Source of the DNA: Octopus sinensis
Taxonomy: Eukaryota
Assembly (NCBI RefSeq): GCF_006345805.1
Contig: NC_043001.1
Location: 85,560,001 to 85,624,000 of the forward strand
Reading direction: 5' to 3'
DNA length: 64,000 nt
The position numbers were made by a program, and so were the translations under genes. Position 1 is the first letter of the stretch. Each line of letters opens with the position of its first letter. Of this stretch, positions 40,399 to 53,690 are shown piece after piece. Below the pieces are notes generated by a model. That model was not told where the DNA came from. It saw only the letters and a program-made list of their open reading frames with translations, and did not search any database.

Positions 40399-40608
40399 GG
40401 GGAGAGAAGCATACGCACATTCATATATATATTATTATTTATATGCACACACATACACACATATATATACATATATACATACATGTATGCACATATATAT
40501 ATATATATATATTGTGTGTGTATATATATACTTATACGTGTGTATATATATATATATGTATGTATATATATATATATAAATACATACACACACATATATA
40601 TATATGTG

Positions 40609-40670
<62 letters not shown>

Positions 40671-41030
40671 TACACACATATGTACATATACATATAATTG
40701 TATATATGAGTGTATAATAATATACATGTGTGTGTGTATTTCTGTGCGTGTGAGCGTGTCTGTGTGTATGTTTCTGAACGTTTATGAATATATTATGTGT
40801 GTGAGGATGTGTTTTACTACAAAATATGTTCATTATTCACACGCATACGAACATAAATAGGTACGTAAATATGTAAAAAAATACAAACATACATACATAT
40901 ATTGACAGGTACATATACATGCAACCACACATATACACATACACACACATGCAAAACCACGTACCCGTCAGACGCCTCATTCTCTGACAGAAATTAAAAG
41001 AAACATACACATATATACATACATGATTAT

Positions 41031-41452
41031 AGGCGCAGGAGTGTTTGAATGGTAAGTAGCTTGCGTACCAACGATATGGTTCCGGGTTCAGTGTCACTGC
41101 GTGGTACGTTAGTGAAGTGTCTTCTACTATAGCCTTGGGCCAACCAAAAACTTGTGAATGGATTTGTTAGACGGAAGCTGAAAGAAGCCTGTCGTATATG
41201 TGTGTGTGTTTGTGTTTGTGTGTGTTGTGTGTGTGTTTGTGTGTGTGTGGTGTGTGTGTGTGTGTGCGTGTGTGTGTGTATGTGTTTGTTTGTCTGTCTG
41301 TGTTTGTCCCCCCACCATCGCTTGACAACCGATGTTGGTATGTTTATGTCCCGTAACTTAGCGGTCCGACCTAAGAGTAAGTCCTGGGGTCGATTTATTC
41401 GACTAAAGGTGGGGCTCCAGCATGGCCGCAGTCAAATGACTGAAACAAATGA
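41031..41452 (+). mobile_element. SINE family A
   Basis: GGCGCAGGAGTG head through GGCCGCAGTCAAATGACTGAAACAA tail. Confidence 0.85.
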
Positions 41453-42289
41453 AAGCAGAAAAATGGAAAAAAGAATACACACACACAAACATTTATATGT
41501 ACGTAATGTATGTATGTATATACGTATGTATGTATGAATGTGTGTATATACGCGGAAGCGTTGCTGTGTGCTTAGAATTTTGCTATTCAATAATATGGTC
41601 CTTGTTCAGTCCCTTTCATAGCCTGGCGTCGTCCAAAGAATCTTGAGCAGACAGAAGCTGAAAGAAACTCCTTGTATATATAGATAGTACTCCAGCATGA
41701 CCACAGACCTGTGACTGAAACAAGTAAAATGTTAAATGGATAATAGAATACATACACGCACCTGCATCCATACATACCTACACATACGAGTGTGCATGCA
41801 TTCGTGTCTGCGTTTAAACAACCACCCATACCATTGCTTCATAGCGAGTGCTTCCTGTCTATGTATGTATATATGTATGTGTATGTATATATATATGCAT
41901 GTAAGTATCTATATATTCAAACAACTGCTGTGAGTGTGAGTGTGTGTTTATGTACAAATTTATTTTTCTCATCTTTTATCGACCCCAGTACCAATGTCCT
42001 TTTCAATACTGCCATTTTTCGGTATCTTAGGGCCAAACAGCTAAATTACGGAGACATGAATAATCGAACCCCAGTTGTCAATCTGTGGTGGGGACGCGAC
42101 ACAGGCAGATAATACACACACTTGCATCTATGCATGTATGCATGCATACATACACGAATACATGCGTGCACACACACACACATACATACATACATACATA
42201 CATACATACATACATACATACATACATACATACATACATACATACATACATACATAGTGATTGTCTACTCCTATGCAAAGTTTCCTCAC

Positions 42290-43100
42290 TTCCTGTACCT
42301 ATACCTTAGAACAATCATGTAGCTTTTTAAACCAGACAATGTTTTGATAAGACACCCACATAGATTGCATATCCGATTTGGACAACCAAGCGCTGCAGTT
42401 AGGTTTTGATCTTTGTGGATCTTAAAATGTCTTTTGAGGGCTCCGATAGATTTCAATACCTTCTGGCATACATTGCATTGAAAGTTGTGCACAGGCATTT
42501 AGGCAGAATAGTTGTTGGAGGTTCGCTTTCCATGGGTTCGCAAATGAGATTTGAGCCCATCAAAAGAAAGGCATGGTCTGTCAAAAACTGTGGACACAAA
42601 AAGGTCATTGTGATTCACCTTCTCAATCGTAACATTCTTCATTAAATCTCTCTTGAGTTTTGCATGCGTTATCCTGACTTCTTCAAACGCTTTCACTCCA
42701 CTCCACACTTTTGCTCGCCATCCAAATCGATCCGACGCAAGGGTTTCATGACTTCATGATTGTCCTAATGTCGACCTTAAACCTTTTTTTAGGGTACACC
42801 GATGGCGTTTCCCCCTCTGCAAGCTCACCATAAAAAAAACAGCTGTTTGGGCGTGCGTTCATCCGCCATTTAAACAATATGGCCAGACCATCTAATTTGT
42901 TATTTTCAAAATCATAGCTTTAATCGAGGTGATACATGCAGATGCAAAGACAGTTGTGTTTGGAGTAAAAGAACTCCATTTAATGTTTAAAATGCGATAT
43001 ATGGCATTTATTGTGGAATTGCTCTAATAATTTGAAATGTCTTTCATAACATGTACATGTTTCAAAAAAATACAACAGGGATGGCAAGACAAACGATTTG
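42290..43100 (-). mobile_element. RTE-clade LINE 3' fragment with C-terminal C2H2 fingers
   Basis: RWSGHIV.MADERTPKQLF.YGELAEGKR; W...GVKAFEE.R; CNVCQKVLKSIGALKRHFKIH; CNLCGCLIKTLSGLKS. Confidence 0.85.
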
Positions 43101-43859
43101 TTAAGAGCTAAATTCATACATACATGCATACATGCATCCATACATAAATATATACTGATTTAAAGTGTGAGATCGAGCCTGAAGCCGTGCACCTGCAGAG
43201 CAAATACTCACAGTTATTTCGAGGTCGTGGACACACTTGGCTACTATTCTCGCTTCTAAAGCCGTAAATGTTCCTTGCTACATTATTCTGTCCAACACAG
43301 CACCTCCTTTCTGGGTCCGCGTCGCGTTTTCCATAGTGTTTTCTACGACATTCTGCGTCTAGCTTTCCGTTCGTATACCAAAGCGTGGGCAGGGTTTGTC
43401 AGTCCTGGTTGACACAATATCTAAAAGTAAGCAATCTGAGACTTAGAATTCGATCATATGGTTCCGATTCATCTAGCTATATCTTCTGCAGTAAAATCTT
43501 AAACAAGAGTCCCTTGCTTCTGTCGTCCTTGCGTTGCGATGGCCGATGAATTCTTGGTGTAAATATTGCAGATACTACTACGTAAAATGCATTTTACTAT
43601 TCTTTCAAATCCTGTCAAAAAGGAAAATATGTGAAAACACTAGATGGAGAATAAAAGACGAGGCATCCTCTCCTATTCTACGATAGTAAGTTCAAATGTA
43701 TGGGCCAACTGATGTTGGCCTTGCGTATATGACCTCACCAGAGCGAATATATAATTTTCAGAATGTATGCTATTCTTGCACAGGAGCCTAGAAAACATTA
43801 CACAACCAGATATGTTACATTTTTCCTGTTGTTGAATCGCAACGATTATCCTCGAATTT

Positions 43860-45600
43860 GCCCGAACTGTAGCAAAAGAAAGTGGACGTGTACCTCAGAA
43901 AATACGCAAGAACTCATTTTTGCATGCTGGAACGTCACTACCATGATGGATAGAGATGGTGACTGCGCAGAACAAGACTCTACTTTGGTTCTGCATGAAC
44001 TTTCAATCTGAATGCTGATATTTCTTTTCTAAATGAAACTTATTTCTAAGGAAAGGCAAGCTTCGAGAACATGTCACTGTCTATTGTGTCGACTAGCTTT
44101 ACAATCCAGCGTTAATACACATCTTTCTGGCGTTTGCATTATGCCCGGAATCCCATGAAGCACCAGCCAAAACACCATCATGGCCTTATCCACTCCATAT
44201 GCCCTCCACCGGTCAGCTCAAGCAGCGTACTTCCTTCTTCAACGTGGTCACCCCTACAATTTATGCTGACTACACAACATCATACAAAGACCCGCGTAGA
44301 CAAGATAATCATTCTTTGTCATCTCATGGCCCCACATTTTGGTGCACAAGAGAACATTTGTGACGTCTATGATGTCTGTGATACTCGAGTACTATCCTTT
44401 GCATAATGTCATATAGATCATAGGCTGGTGCACTGCAAAATTATTTTCCACTTCAAATCTAGCTAAACGAATGAGATGTTTTCAGACTAGCAATCGCCAC
44501 TGTACTATAATGATTTCGGGAGTAATCAAAGTTTAAAGATTACAGCTTTTTCATATAGATCCATCTCTAGAACTAATTTTGGAACAAATAAAATCTCTGA
44601 TAAGGATTTTTTCTGAAAAATAATTACGGTTTTCATTAAAGAAGTACAGAGAATGGTTTGATTATAAAAGTCAGAATTTTCAGGATTGTTGGCTCTGAAG
44701 AGAGTTGACTCGTTGCAACAACCTCCAGCACGGCTTTGAAGGATTCAGAATATGGAGTAAACTGAACTCTCAAAGTGAAATCAGTTTCGTACTGATATCG
44801 GATATGCAGAGGAACTTTTGCTCTTATTAATGCAGTGTACAACCCTTTGCATTAAATTCAGAATGTCTTGTGCAACCCAATATCCAGATGCTCATCACAG
44901 AAAACGCGTCCATTCTAAACAGGTGATCGTAGTATTTTTAGCACCACAGTGATCACCCATAATTTAGTCATTCTTCGCGTACCATATCAGCCGCTGAGAT
45001 TAGTACTGGCTGGAAGTTTAACATTAGAGGTAATAGCCACGCACATATTGCAACCATAAATGAAATGACAAGTTACTGGAGAAATGTGGAACATCAATCG
45101 TCATGTTAGGTTTGTTGATGGGAAAGAAAACAATTACCAAGAAACACTGTGCTGCGACTACCATTACCTTCAGCAAGAACTATAAGAAGGGTTTGATTTA
45201 TCTATCTAACGCTTTGGGAATCAATGCTGCACTTTATCGCGGGAAAAATTCTCTAAAGAAAGTACTTTTGACCTGATAGTTTGGTGTTCAAATTCAAAAG
45301 GAACACCGACATGTTATTCATTCGATCATCTTCGAGAGCAATATAGAGGAATAATCAAGAGTCTGTTATGACGTTTCTAGACCTTGCGAATTTGTTTGGT
45401 ATTTGAATCATGAACGGTTCGTGGAAAATAATGCCACTACTGAGATGCACGTTAAAATTCCTCATCATTCTCAAAACTGTACAAGATAATTATCGTTACT
45501 GACTCACTCACCACAATTATCTTTGAAGGCAGTGTGGTCTTGTAGTGCCAACATGCTTTACCATCTCCAGCTGATGTCCATAGGGGCTATACAGTATCTC
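43860..45600 (+). mobile_element. Old, heavily mutated RTE-clade LINE (APE to RT region)
   Basis: IFACWNVTTMMD (APE start), FLNET; later FLDLANLF, WKIMPLLRCTLKFLIILK and a QCGLVVPTCF-like segment resembling RT motifs. Confidence 0.7.
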
Positions 45601-48113
45601 ACCGGGGAAGAATTTCTGCATCCACTTTGGCTGTGACTTAAATGATATCGGTTACCGCTTTGTGAGACTGGGGTCATCCGTTCCTTTTGCAGTAAAGTGG
45701 GGATCAATTAATTTGTTACTATTGACCTATTACGATTATCCGGGGATTAGCGGGCTACAGCAACAGGAGACTGTGCTCTCTGAGATGACTTCTGGCGAGC
45801 TTCTCATGCGGCTCAGTAGCATCAATGCCTGTGAGCTGCATATATTGCCTTTACTCCAATCATTTCATTTAACTTAATAGAATTTTATGTCCTATTTTTG
45901 CGTCCTCACTATTCTACAACTAGTTCGTGTATTCAGTTCATTTACATGAATCATTAATCTGTGATTGATGATTCCATATCCTTCCACCTTGCAGCATATT
46001 CTGGTTGTATATTCCTGAAAGTATTTCTGTAGTATATGTTTCTTTCTCCTGAAAGATGCATGTCGTTGGTTCTAAACCGGACCATTTTGTGTAACAGTTA
46101 TAGAACCGTCAATTCTTTCACCAACAGCTATAACACTTCACCTACCCTGTTAACATGGTAGGTATGACAGCTAGTCATCTAAGTGAGAGAATGTATCTCC
46201 ACAATCTCTTATAACGAAGTATTATTCTTCAACAGTGCAGTATGCAGGATATAAACATACATAAATTCACACAGGGAGAGAGAAGGAGAGGGAAAGAGAG
46301 AGAGAGAGCATTGGCATCTACCAATTTGAAAGGAACCTTTAACTACATACTCACACACAGTAAGTCAATGTGGTTTAATCTACCATTTTCAAAAAATAAA
46401 AGCACACTGACATGCTAAATCTTCCTCAAGCTTGTAAAATACAATTATACACCAGACATAACGTGAATAAAGGTTTGACCCAATGGTACCTAACATAAAC
46501 TATTCGAAACTAACCACCATCGCCAGGAAAACCCTAGTATACACCAATAAAAAAGTAATAATTCAAACGGCCATGGTATAAAAGCACAACTAATCACAGA
46601 CGAAGAAACTACAATATCTATTTGCAAAATGTACAAATGGTAGACACGATCCTTCAATGAAATATTAGAATTTGAGTAGTTAATGTTAAAATAAGCGTGA
46701 ATGTTGAGGGTAATATATTTCTTTTATGTTTCAAGTCTATGTTAGGTCCTTTTTTTAACTTGCTGTTTGTTAACTGCTTATATTTATCAATCAGATGAAC
46801 GGTCATCTCTATATATTCCTCTCTTTTTAATGTCACATTCTCTCTTTAATGTAAATTTTCTAAATGTTTCTTCATTGATTATTGAGTACAGTCAGGGAAA
46901 TAGCATGCTTAGATGAAGTTAGAAGTTCTCTATAAAGCACATTTGTGTCTATTATATTTTTTTCAATATAAAATCACACGTACAATGTATATATTTTAAA
47001 AACACATACATTCAAGTTATACATACATACACACAAACTAACACACACACATCCTTTGGATTACACGACACACACTTTACAGATACAGTATATATTAGCT
47101 GATTTACACCGAACTTAAACTCACACATATGCATACATAACCACATACACCTGTTTGTAGATTTAGACAAATAAGAGAAAAGTACTTAACACGATCGTAA
47201 ATTGAAGAAGCTTATATATGATTATTTAGTTGCCTATTTGTCTGAAATTTCCTTGACATGTAAACAGTAAAACTGTTTTTTCTTGTCTCGGGAACTGACT
47301 ACTTCTGGGGAAAACTTCAGGATAAGTGGATACTAGAATAGATTAAATAAACGCTTTCTCTCGCTCTTTCTCCCCACCCCCGTGTTTCTTACTTTACACA
47401 TACGCATACATACATATAAACAAACATATATACATAAACTCATGCATACATACATACATATAGTCATGCATACATACAAACACATATCTTCTATGTTCTA
47501 CTTGTTTCAGTCATTAAACTGCGGCCATTCTGGGGCATCGCTTTGAAAGATTTTAGTTGAATGAATCGACCCCAGCACTTTATTTTTTTTTTGTTTTTCT
47601 TCGTCTTTAAACCTGATACTTATTCTATCGTTCTGTTTTGCCGAACCACTAGGTTGTGAGGGCGTAAGCATACCAACACTGGTTGTCAAGCGGTGGCGAG
47701 AGGACAAACACAAACACAGACACGCACACACACGCACGTATATATATGTATATATATATAATATAAGATAAAATGTTTCAAAAAAAATTTATCTGTGGCC
47801 AGCATATTCAAAAATACCTTTTAAGGTTAAATTTGTAAACAACTTATAAACAAGGACAAGAGAAAAAAATTCCAATGCCAAATATGCCGAAAATAGACTT
47901 AAATCGTCAATAACCACATATAATCCATCACTATCAGTACGCGCCCTGTGATTTTTTAGAAATTTCTCTCGGCTTGTTTCAGTCATTTGACTGCGGCCAT
48001 GCTGGAGCACCGCCTTTAATCGAGCAAATCGACCCCGGGACTTATTCTTTGTAAGCCCAGTACTTATTCTATCGGTCTCTTTTGCCGAACCGCTAAGTGA
48101 CGTTTATAAGTTT

Positions 48114-48165
<52 letters not shown>

Positions 48166-49158
48166 GCGGACTTCTTTTATGTTTCCATCTACCAAATGCA
48201 CTCACAAGGCTATGGACAAAATTTCGAAATAATTATTAAAGTTTTAGTCTTCACGCATCTTCAAACGTATTTTTATATTGGATGAAAATGAATTCGCTAT
48301 TAGGGGAAGTAACTGCTTTCAAACTAGAATTGCTTTCAAACTGAAATATATGCGAAATTTTGCTCATGACTCAAATTCCTGAGGCAACTTTCCCGTTACT
48401 TCATTGGTCATTGAGTATTGTTGCAAATGCTGATTTTGTTCTAATTATGTTCTTGTTAATGCTAATTCGCTCCAGCTCAGCTCTGATTAAGCACACCTAT
48501 GATTAAAGAAAAGCATACCGCCCTTGATTATTGCACATATTAATCTAAGGATGGCAGTAATAATTGTGGTGGCCCCCTGTAATGGTCGTCGTATATGTAA
48601 TGTAATGGTGGTAGCATTGATGATAAAGTGGTAGCCGTCGTTGTAGTGATGGTAGTGGCATTGGTTGTCGTGTTGGTAATATTGGCGTTAGCGGTGGTAT
48701 TGGGGATATAAATAAGTGTTGGCGGTGATGGTGATAGTGATGGTGCTGTTGCTGATAAAGGTAGTTATGGTGGTGATGGTACTCTTGTTATTAGTGTCAC
48801 TGGTGAATTTGCAGCTGTTGTTAGTCATTCATGTTGATAATGTTGATGTTTCGATATAGCTAGTAAGATGCACTCCGAAACTTTGAGAGAAAATCGAGTC
48901 CAAGAATATTCTGATTATAAGCGGTACATAGATTACAAGAGATGCATCGAACCCAAATATTGATTTGAAACTCAGAAAAAGAAATGCTTGCATTTATTGA
49001 AGACTAATGCGTACACTTCAGGGGAAAATTTGCCCTTAGAAAATCCATCTCGAATGATCGGGATCTACTTAATTATGGTATGTAGCATTATTGTAGTTGT
49101 TGCTAATACTAATTTTCTTCTAAACATGAAAGTAGTAGTAGTAGTAGTAGTAGTAGTA

Positions 49159-49237
<79 letters not shown>

Positions 49238-50229
49238 GGTGTTTAAGCTTGATTAAGCAAACTGAAGTCAAAAGCTTAACAAGCATGCTCGTTTTTTTAA
49301 AATTTTATATCGAGAAATACACTACGGCCTTCTTAGTGTTATTTTTCTTAAGATTTCGCAAGTACTTTTTAAAGAGATACGGCTGTTATTTCTAACAAGC
49401 TGGAACCACTTAGTGTCCTATCACATTTGGTATTATTGTCCCCCCCCCTCCCCGTTTAAAACCTACCCTTGTTACTGCTACAATTGCCGGTGAAATTAAT
49501 ATTCAGGTTGTTGGCGTGGCTGTCTCTGTCGTTTAGTAAAATATAAACTCTAATCGAATCGGAACCTAATCGAATCCAACCGCGATGATCGAATGTGTTC
49601 AAGGGTGCGTGGAACTAAATTATCTACATCGTTCTCTTTTTCAAGATGTCAATGGGCCATTTGAGGGAGATTTGGCTACTACAACTAAAAAAGTTCGAAA
49701 GACCACGGAGAAACAAGCATACTCGTTGTATCTCTTAATGCTTTAATTATAACTATTTGAATTTGTTAATTACTTTTTTCACTGCTATGACTATTGTTGC
49801 TGTCTTTGCTGCTGTATTTGTTGTAGTTGTTGCTGCACTGTTAATACCCACCTATCTTATTAACAGAGTGGCCTTAGCCTGACTACCGATGGATAGGTGC
49901 CAGTTAGTGAGTGAATGAAAACTAAAACGTCATTAAGCACTAAGTGAACTTTTTATGTTAAAATTAATCAATATGATTCGTGCACCTGAATCGAAACCCC
50001 TTACTACACCGTACCTTAGAAAAGATGTTTCGCATAATAATTTCGAACGCACACACACACATACACATTTAGCGGGGAAAATAGCCAAGTAGGCTAATAG
50101 CACGGTTTGACTATTATTTTTGTTGTTTCTTTTCGAATCCGGAAGAAAGAATGGTAAATTTGACGTGTTCAGGTTGTGAACTCAGAATGTTAAGGCGTCG
50201 ATATCTTACGGCATTTCGCAAAGATAACT

Positions 50230-51375
50230 AAGCTGACGAGCTGGCAGAAACGTTAGCACGCCGGGCGAAATGCATAGCAGTATGAGTTCAAATTCCGCCG
50301 AGGTCGACTTTGCCTTTCATCCTTTCGGGGTCGATTAAATAAGTACCAGTTACGCACTGGGGTCGATATGATCGACTTAATCCGTTTGCCTGTCCTTGTT
50401 TGTCCTCTCTGTGTTTGGCCCCTTAGGGGTAGTAAAGAAATAGGTATTTCGTCTGCCGCTACGTTCTGAGTTCAAATTCCGCCAAAGTCGACTCTGCCTT
50501 TCATCCTTTCGGGGTCGATTAAATAAGTACCAGTTACGCACTGGGGTGAATATAATCGACTTAATCCGTTTGTCTGTCCTTGTTAGTCTTCTCTGTATTT
50601 AGCTCCTTGTGGGTAGTAAAGAAATAGATATTTCGTCTGCCGCTACGTTCTGAGTTCAAATTCCGCCAAGGTCGACTTCGCCTTTAATCCTTTCGGAGTC
50701 GATTAAATAGGTACCAGTTACGCACTGGGGTCGATGTAATCGACTTAATCCGTTTGTCTGTCCTTGTTTGTCCTCTCTGTGATTGACCCCTTGTGGGTAG
50801 TAAAGAAATAGGCATTTCGTCTGCTGCTACGTTCTGAGTTCAAATTCCGTCGAGATCGACTTCACCTTTAATCCTTTCGCAGTTGATTAAATAGGTACCA
50901 GTTACGCACTGGGGTAGATGTAATCGATTTAATCCGTTTGTCTGTCCTTGTTTGCCCCCTCTATGTTTAGCCCTTTATGGACAATAAAGAAATAAGAAAC
51001 GTTAGCACGCCGGGTGAAATGCTTAGCAGTATTTTGACTGTCGCTACGTTCTGAGTTCAAATTCCGCCGAGGTCGACTCCATCTTTCATCCTTTCGGGGT
51101 CGATAAATTAAGTACCAGTTTACGCAGTGGGGTCGATATAATCGACTTTATCCGTTTGTCTGTCCTTGTTTGTCCTCTCTGTGCTTAGCCCCTTGTGTGT
51201 AGTAAAGAAATAGGTATTTCGTCTGTCTTTACGTTCTCAGTTCAAATTCCAGCGACGTCGACTTTGCTGTTCATCTTTTCGGGGTCGATAAAATAAGTAC
51301 TCGTTGCGTTCTGGGGGCGATCCAATCGATTGGCCCCCTTCCCAAAAATTTCGGGCATTGTGCCTTGTGTAGAAA
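50230..51375 (+). repeat. Head-to-tail multimer of SINE family B (six units)
   Basis: B-box AGTTCAAATTCC motif at ~50284, 50468, 50652, 50836, 51053, 51238 (periods 184, 184, 184, 217, 185). Confidence 0.9.
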
Positions 51376-51553
51376 AGAATATTTTGCAGACATCAACACA
51401 TTAATGTTCCTGCCAATCCACTATGCCTACACGGTGTATCTAATAATTGTAAATAATGGAGTCATTCAAGCTATACTCTCTCTTCTCTCTTTCCTACACA
51501 CACACGCGCTCTCTCTTTCTTACACACATACACACTCTCTCTCTCTCCCTCTC

Positions 51554-51598
<45 letters not shown>

Positions 51599-51600
<2 letters not shown>

Positions 51601-51958
51601 TCTCAAACATATAAGGGATGGCTATAATAGAACATTCGACTCACTAGAAAGAGCAGCTAAACTCCAAACCACTAATAGTTGTAATTCTGAAATGGAAAGA
51701 GAAATAAAAACGTTTACCCTTTCCTTTCTGGACTATGCATAGTTTCGGCAATCCTTTGTAAATAAATTAAATTAAATTAAATTTATTTACGACTGGCGTT
51801 GCACTAATCAGCAGAAAATCCAAGGACTACCATATATTCACGAGGCGATAACGAGCATGCCTCGAGTCTATATGCTATACATTTTCAAAATCCACCGCAT
51901 TCGCACGGTTACTCAGCAGTAAATTTTCTAGAATTTTTTGCTACCCTAAAATTTATTA

Positions 51959-52004
<46 letters not shown>

Positions 52005-52361
52005 CTCTCAAACATATAAGGGATGGCTATAATAGAACATTCGACTCACTAGAAAGAGCAGCTAAACTCCAAACCACTAATAGTTGTAATTCTGAAATGG
52101 AAAGAGAAATAAAAACGTTTACCCTTTCCTTTCTGGACTATGCATAGTTTCGGCAATCCTTTGTAAATAAATTAAATTAAATTAAATTTATTTACGACTG
52201 GCGTTGCACTAATCAGCAGAAAATCCAAGGACTACCATATATTCACGAGGCGATAACGAGCATGCCTCGAGTCTATATGCTATACATTTTCAAAATCCAC
52301 CGCATTCGCACGGTTTACTCAGCAGTAAATTTTCTAGAATTTTTTGCTACCCTAAAATTTA

Positions 52362-52366
<5 letters not shown>
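51599..52366 (-). mobile_element. Two near-identical ~362-bp copies (51599-51960, 52004-52366) of a divergent relative of the 488-bp element, each with a hammerhead fold (51725-51817, 52130-52222) carrying G8>U
   Basis: Colinear blocks shared with the 7.5-10 kb unit (CACTAGAAA..CAGC.AAA, AATTCTG, TTTACCCT, TCACGAGGC..ATGCCTCG); minus strand TTTCTG-CTGATTA-...-GAAA-CTATGCATAG-TC-CAGAAA; inside (TA)n. Confidence 0.75.
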
Positions 52367-52401
<35 letters not shown>

Positions 52402-52790
52402 CACACATTTGGCAAGTTTGTTGGAGCAAGGGAGTATTCAACAATATTTTGTAAAGAATTGGTTTTGCATCTTATAGGTATATTCGAAGCCTTATATTTA
52501 TCCGTGCAAAAAAATTTAGACATTAATTCACACACTTTCACATTGGCACTTAAATTGGTGGAGCGGTAATAAACAAGCAAGGGGTGGGCACACAGGATTA
52601 CAAGCGTTATGGAGTCGAATAACCCTCTCATAATTAGCTTATTTCGTATGCATTTGTGATAGACTTTTAACTTATTTCTTTCCTTGTAGATCTTTTTTTA
52701 TTTATTTACATTTCGATGTGAATTTACATTAGTTCAACAAAAAATATGCAATTTTCTTTCAATATATTCTTGTTCAATAGACAAATATAT

Positions 52791-53215
52791 GGGATATTTT
52801 TGGTTTGAACGGCAGTTTTTTAAAATAATTTCCACGTAACTAAACACTTTTAAACTTCGTATACTGGTAGAATGTGTTTATAAAACAACTTTTTCTCATG
52901 GCTTTATTGAGAAAATTCAATACTTTGTAAGAAATTTGTTGGTTTTTTCCTTCAATTTCTGCAATTTCAACCAATCAATGATGTCTCTTGAAGTGAAAAC
53001 ATTCTGTGCCGTTTGAATATGTCTCTCGTTTAAGAAACAGATTGGGTTTATTTACATTTCTGAAGAAAAAAGATACCTTCCCCCCACCCCTAAACCAAAC
53101 CCTAACCCTAAAACAGATTGAAATGCAATAGATCGATACTAGGGTCACAATTATGGGTGACAATTTCATATGACACCGCTCAAAAAAAAACTTCTCTTCA
53201 AACCAAAAAGATCCA
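52791..53215. mobile_element. MITE with ~30-bp TIRs and internal CCCTAA-like tract
   Basis: GGATATTTTTGGTTTGAACGGCAGTTTTT ... AAAAACTTCTCTTCAAACCAAAAAGATCC. Confidence 0.7.
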
Positions 53216-53397
53216 ATATATTTAACAATCAAATCTATAAAATAGCTATAAATTTTAAAAATATGTAATAAAAACCTTTTAATTGTTTTCATGTATTAGT
53301 ATATCAACACATATTAGGCAATAATAATCCATTTAAATACGTTTTCAAATGTGTAAATAATTTTACAAAAAAATACAAGGCTAATTCATCAAAAGTA

Positions 53398-53690
53398 GAG
53401 GCGCAATGGCCCAGTGGTTAGGGCAGCGGGCTCGCGGTCGGGGGATCACCGTTTCGATTCCCAGACCTGGCGTTGTGTGTGTTTATTGAGCGAAAACACC
53501 TAAAGCTCCACAAGGCGCCGGTAGGTGGTGGGGGGCTACCCCTGTTGTACTCTTTCTTCCTGTTTCTTGAGTAACGCTGCGATGGATTGGCATCCCGTCC
53601 AGCTGGGTGGAACACATACCCCATAGGAACCGGGAAACCGGGTCCATGAGCCTGCCTAGGCTTGAAAAGAGCGCATAAATAAATAAAATA
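53398..53690 (+). mobile_element. tRNA-derived SINE family C (Meta/V-like central domain)
   Basis: TGGCCCAGTGG A-box, GTTTCGATTCCC B-box, GCGATGGATTGGCATCCCGTCCAG, (TAAA)n tail, candidate TSD CATCAAAA. Confidence 0.8.

Noticed and set aside
53089-53112. CCCTAA-like tract as a telomere or interstitial telomeric site
   Set aside because: Only a few imperfect units, internal to a MITE.
53398-53470. Functional tRNA gene (also heads near 7056, 41031 and 61140-61210)
   Set aside because: tRNA-like heads run on into SINE bodies and lack a complete acceptor stem.
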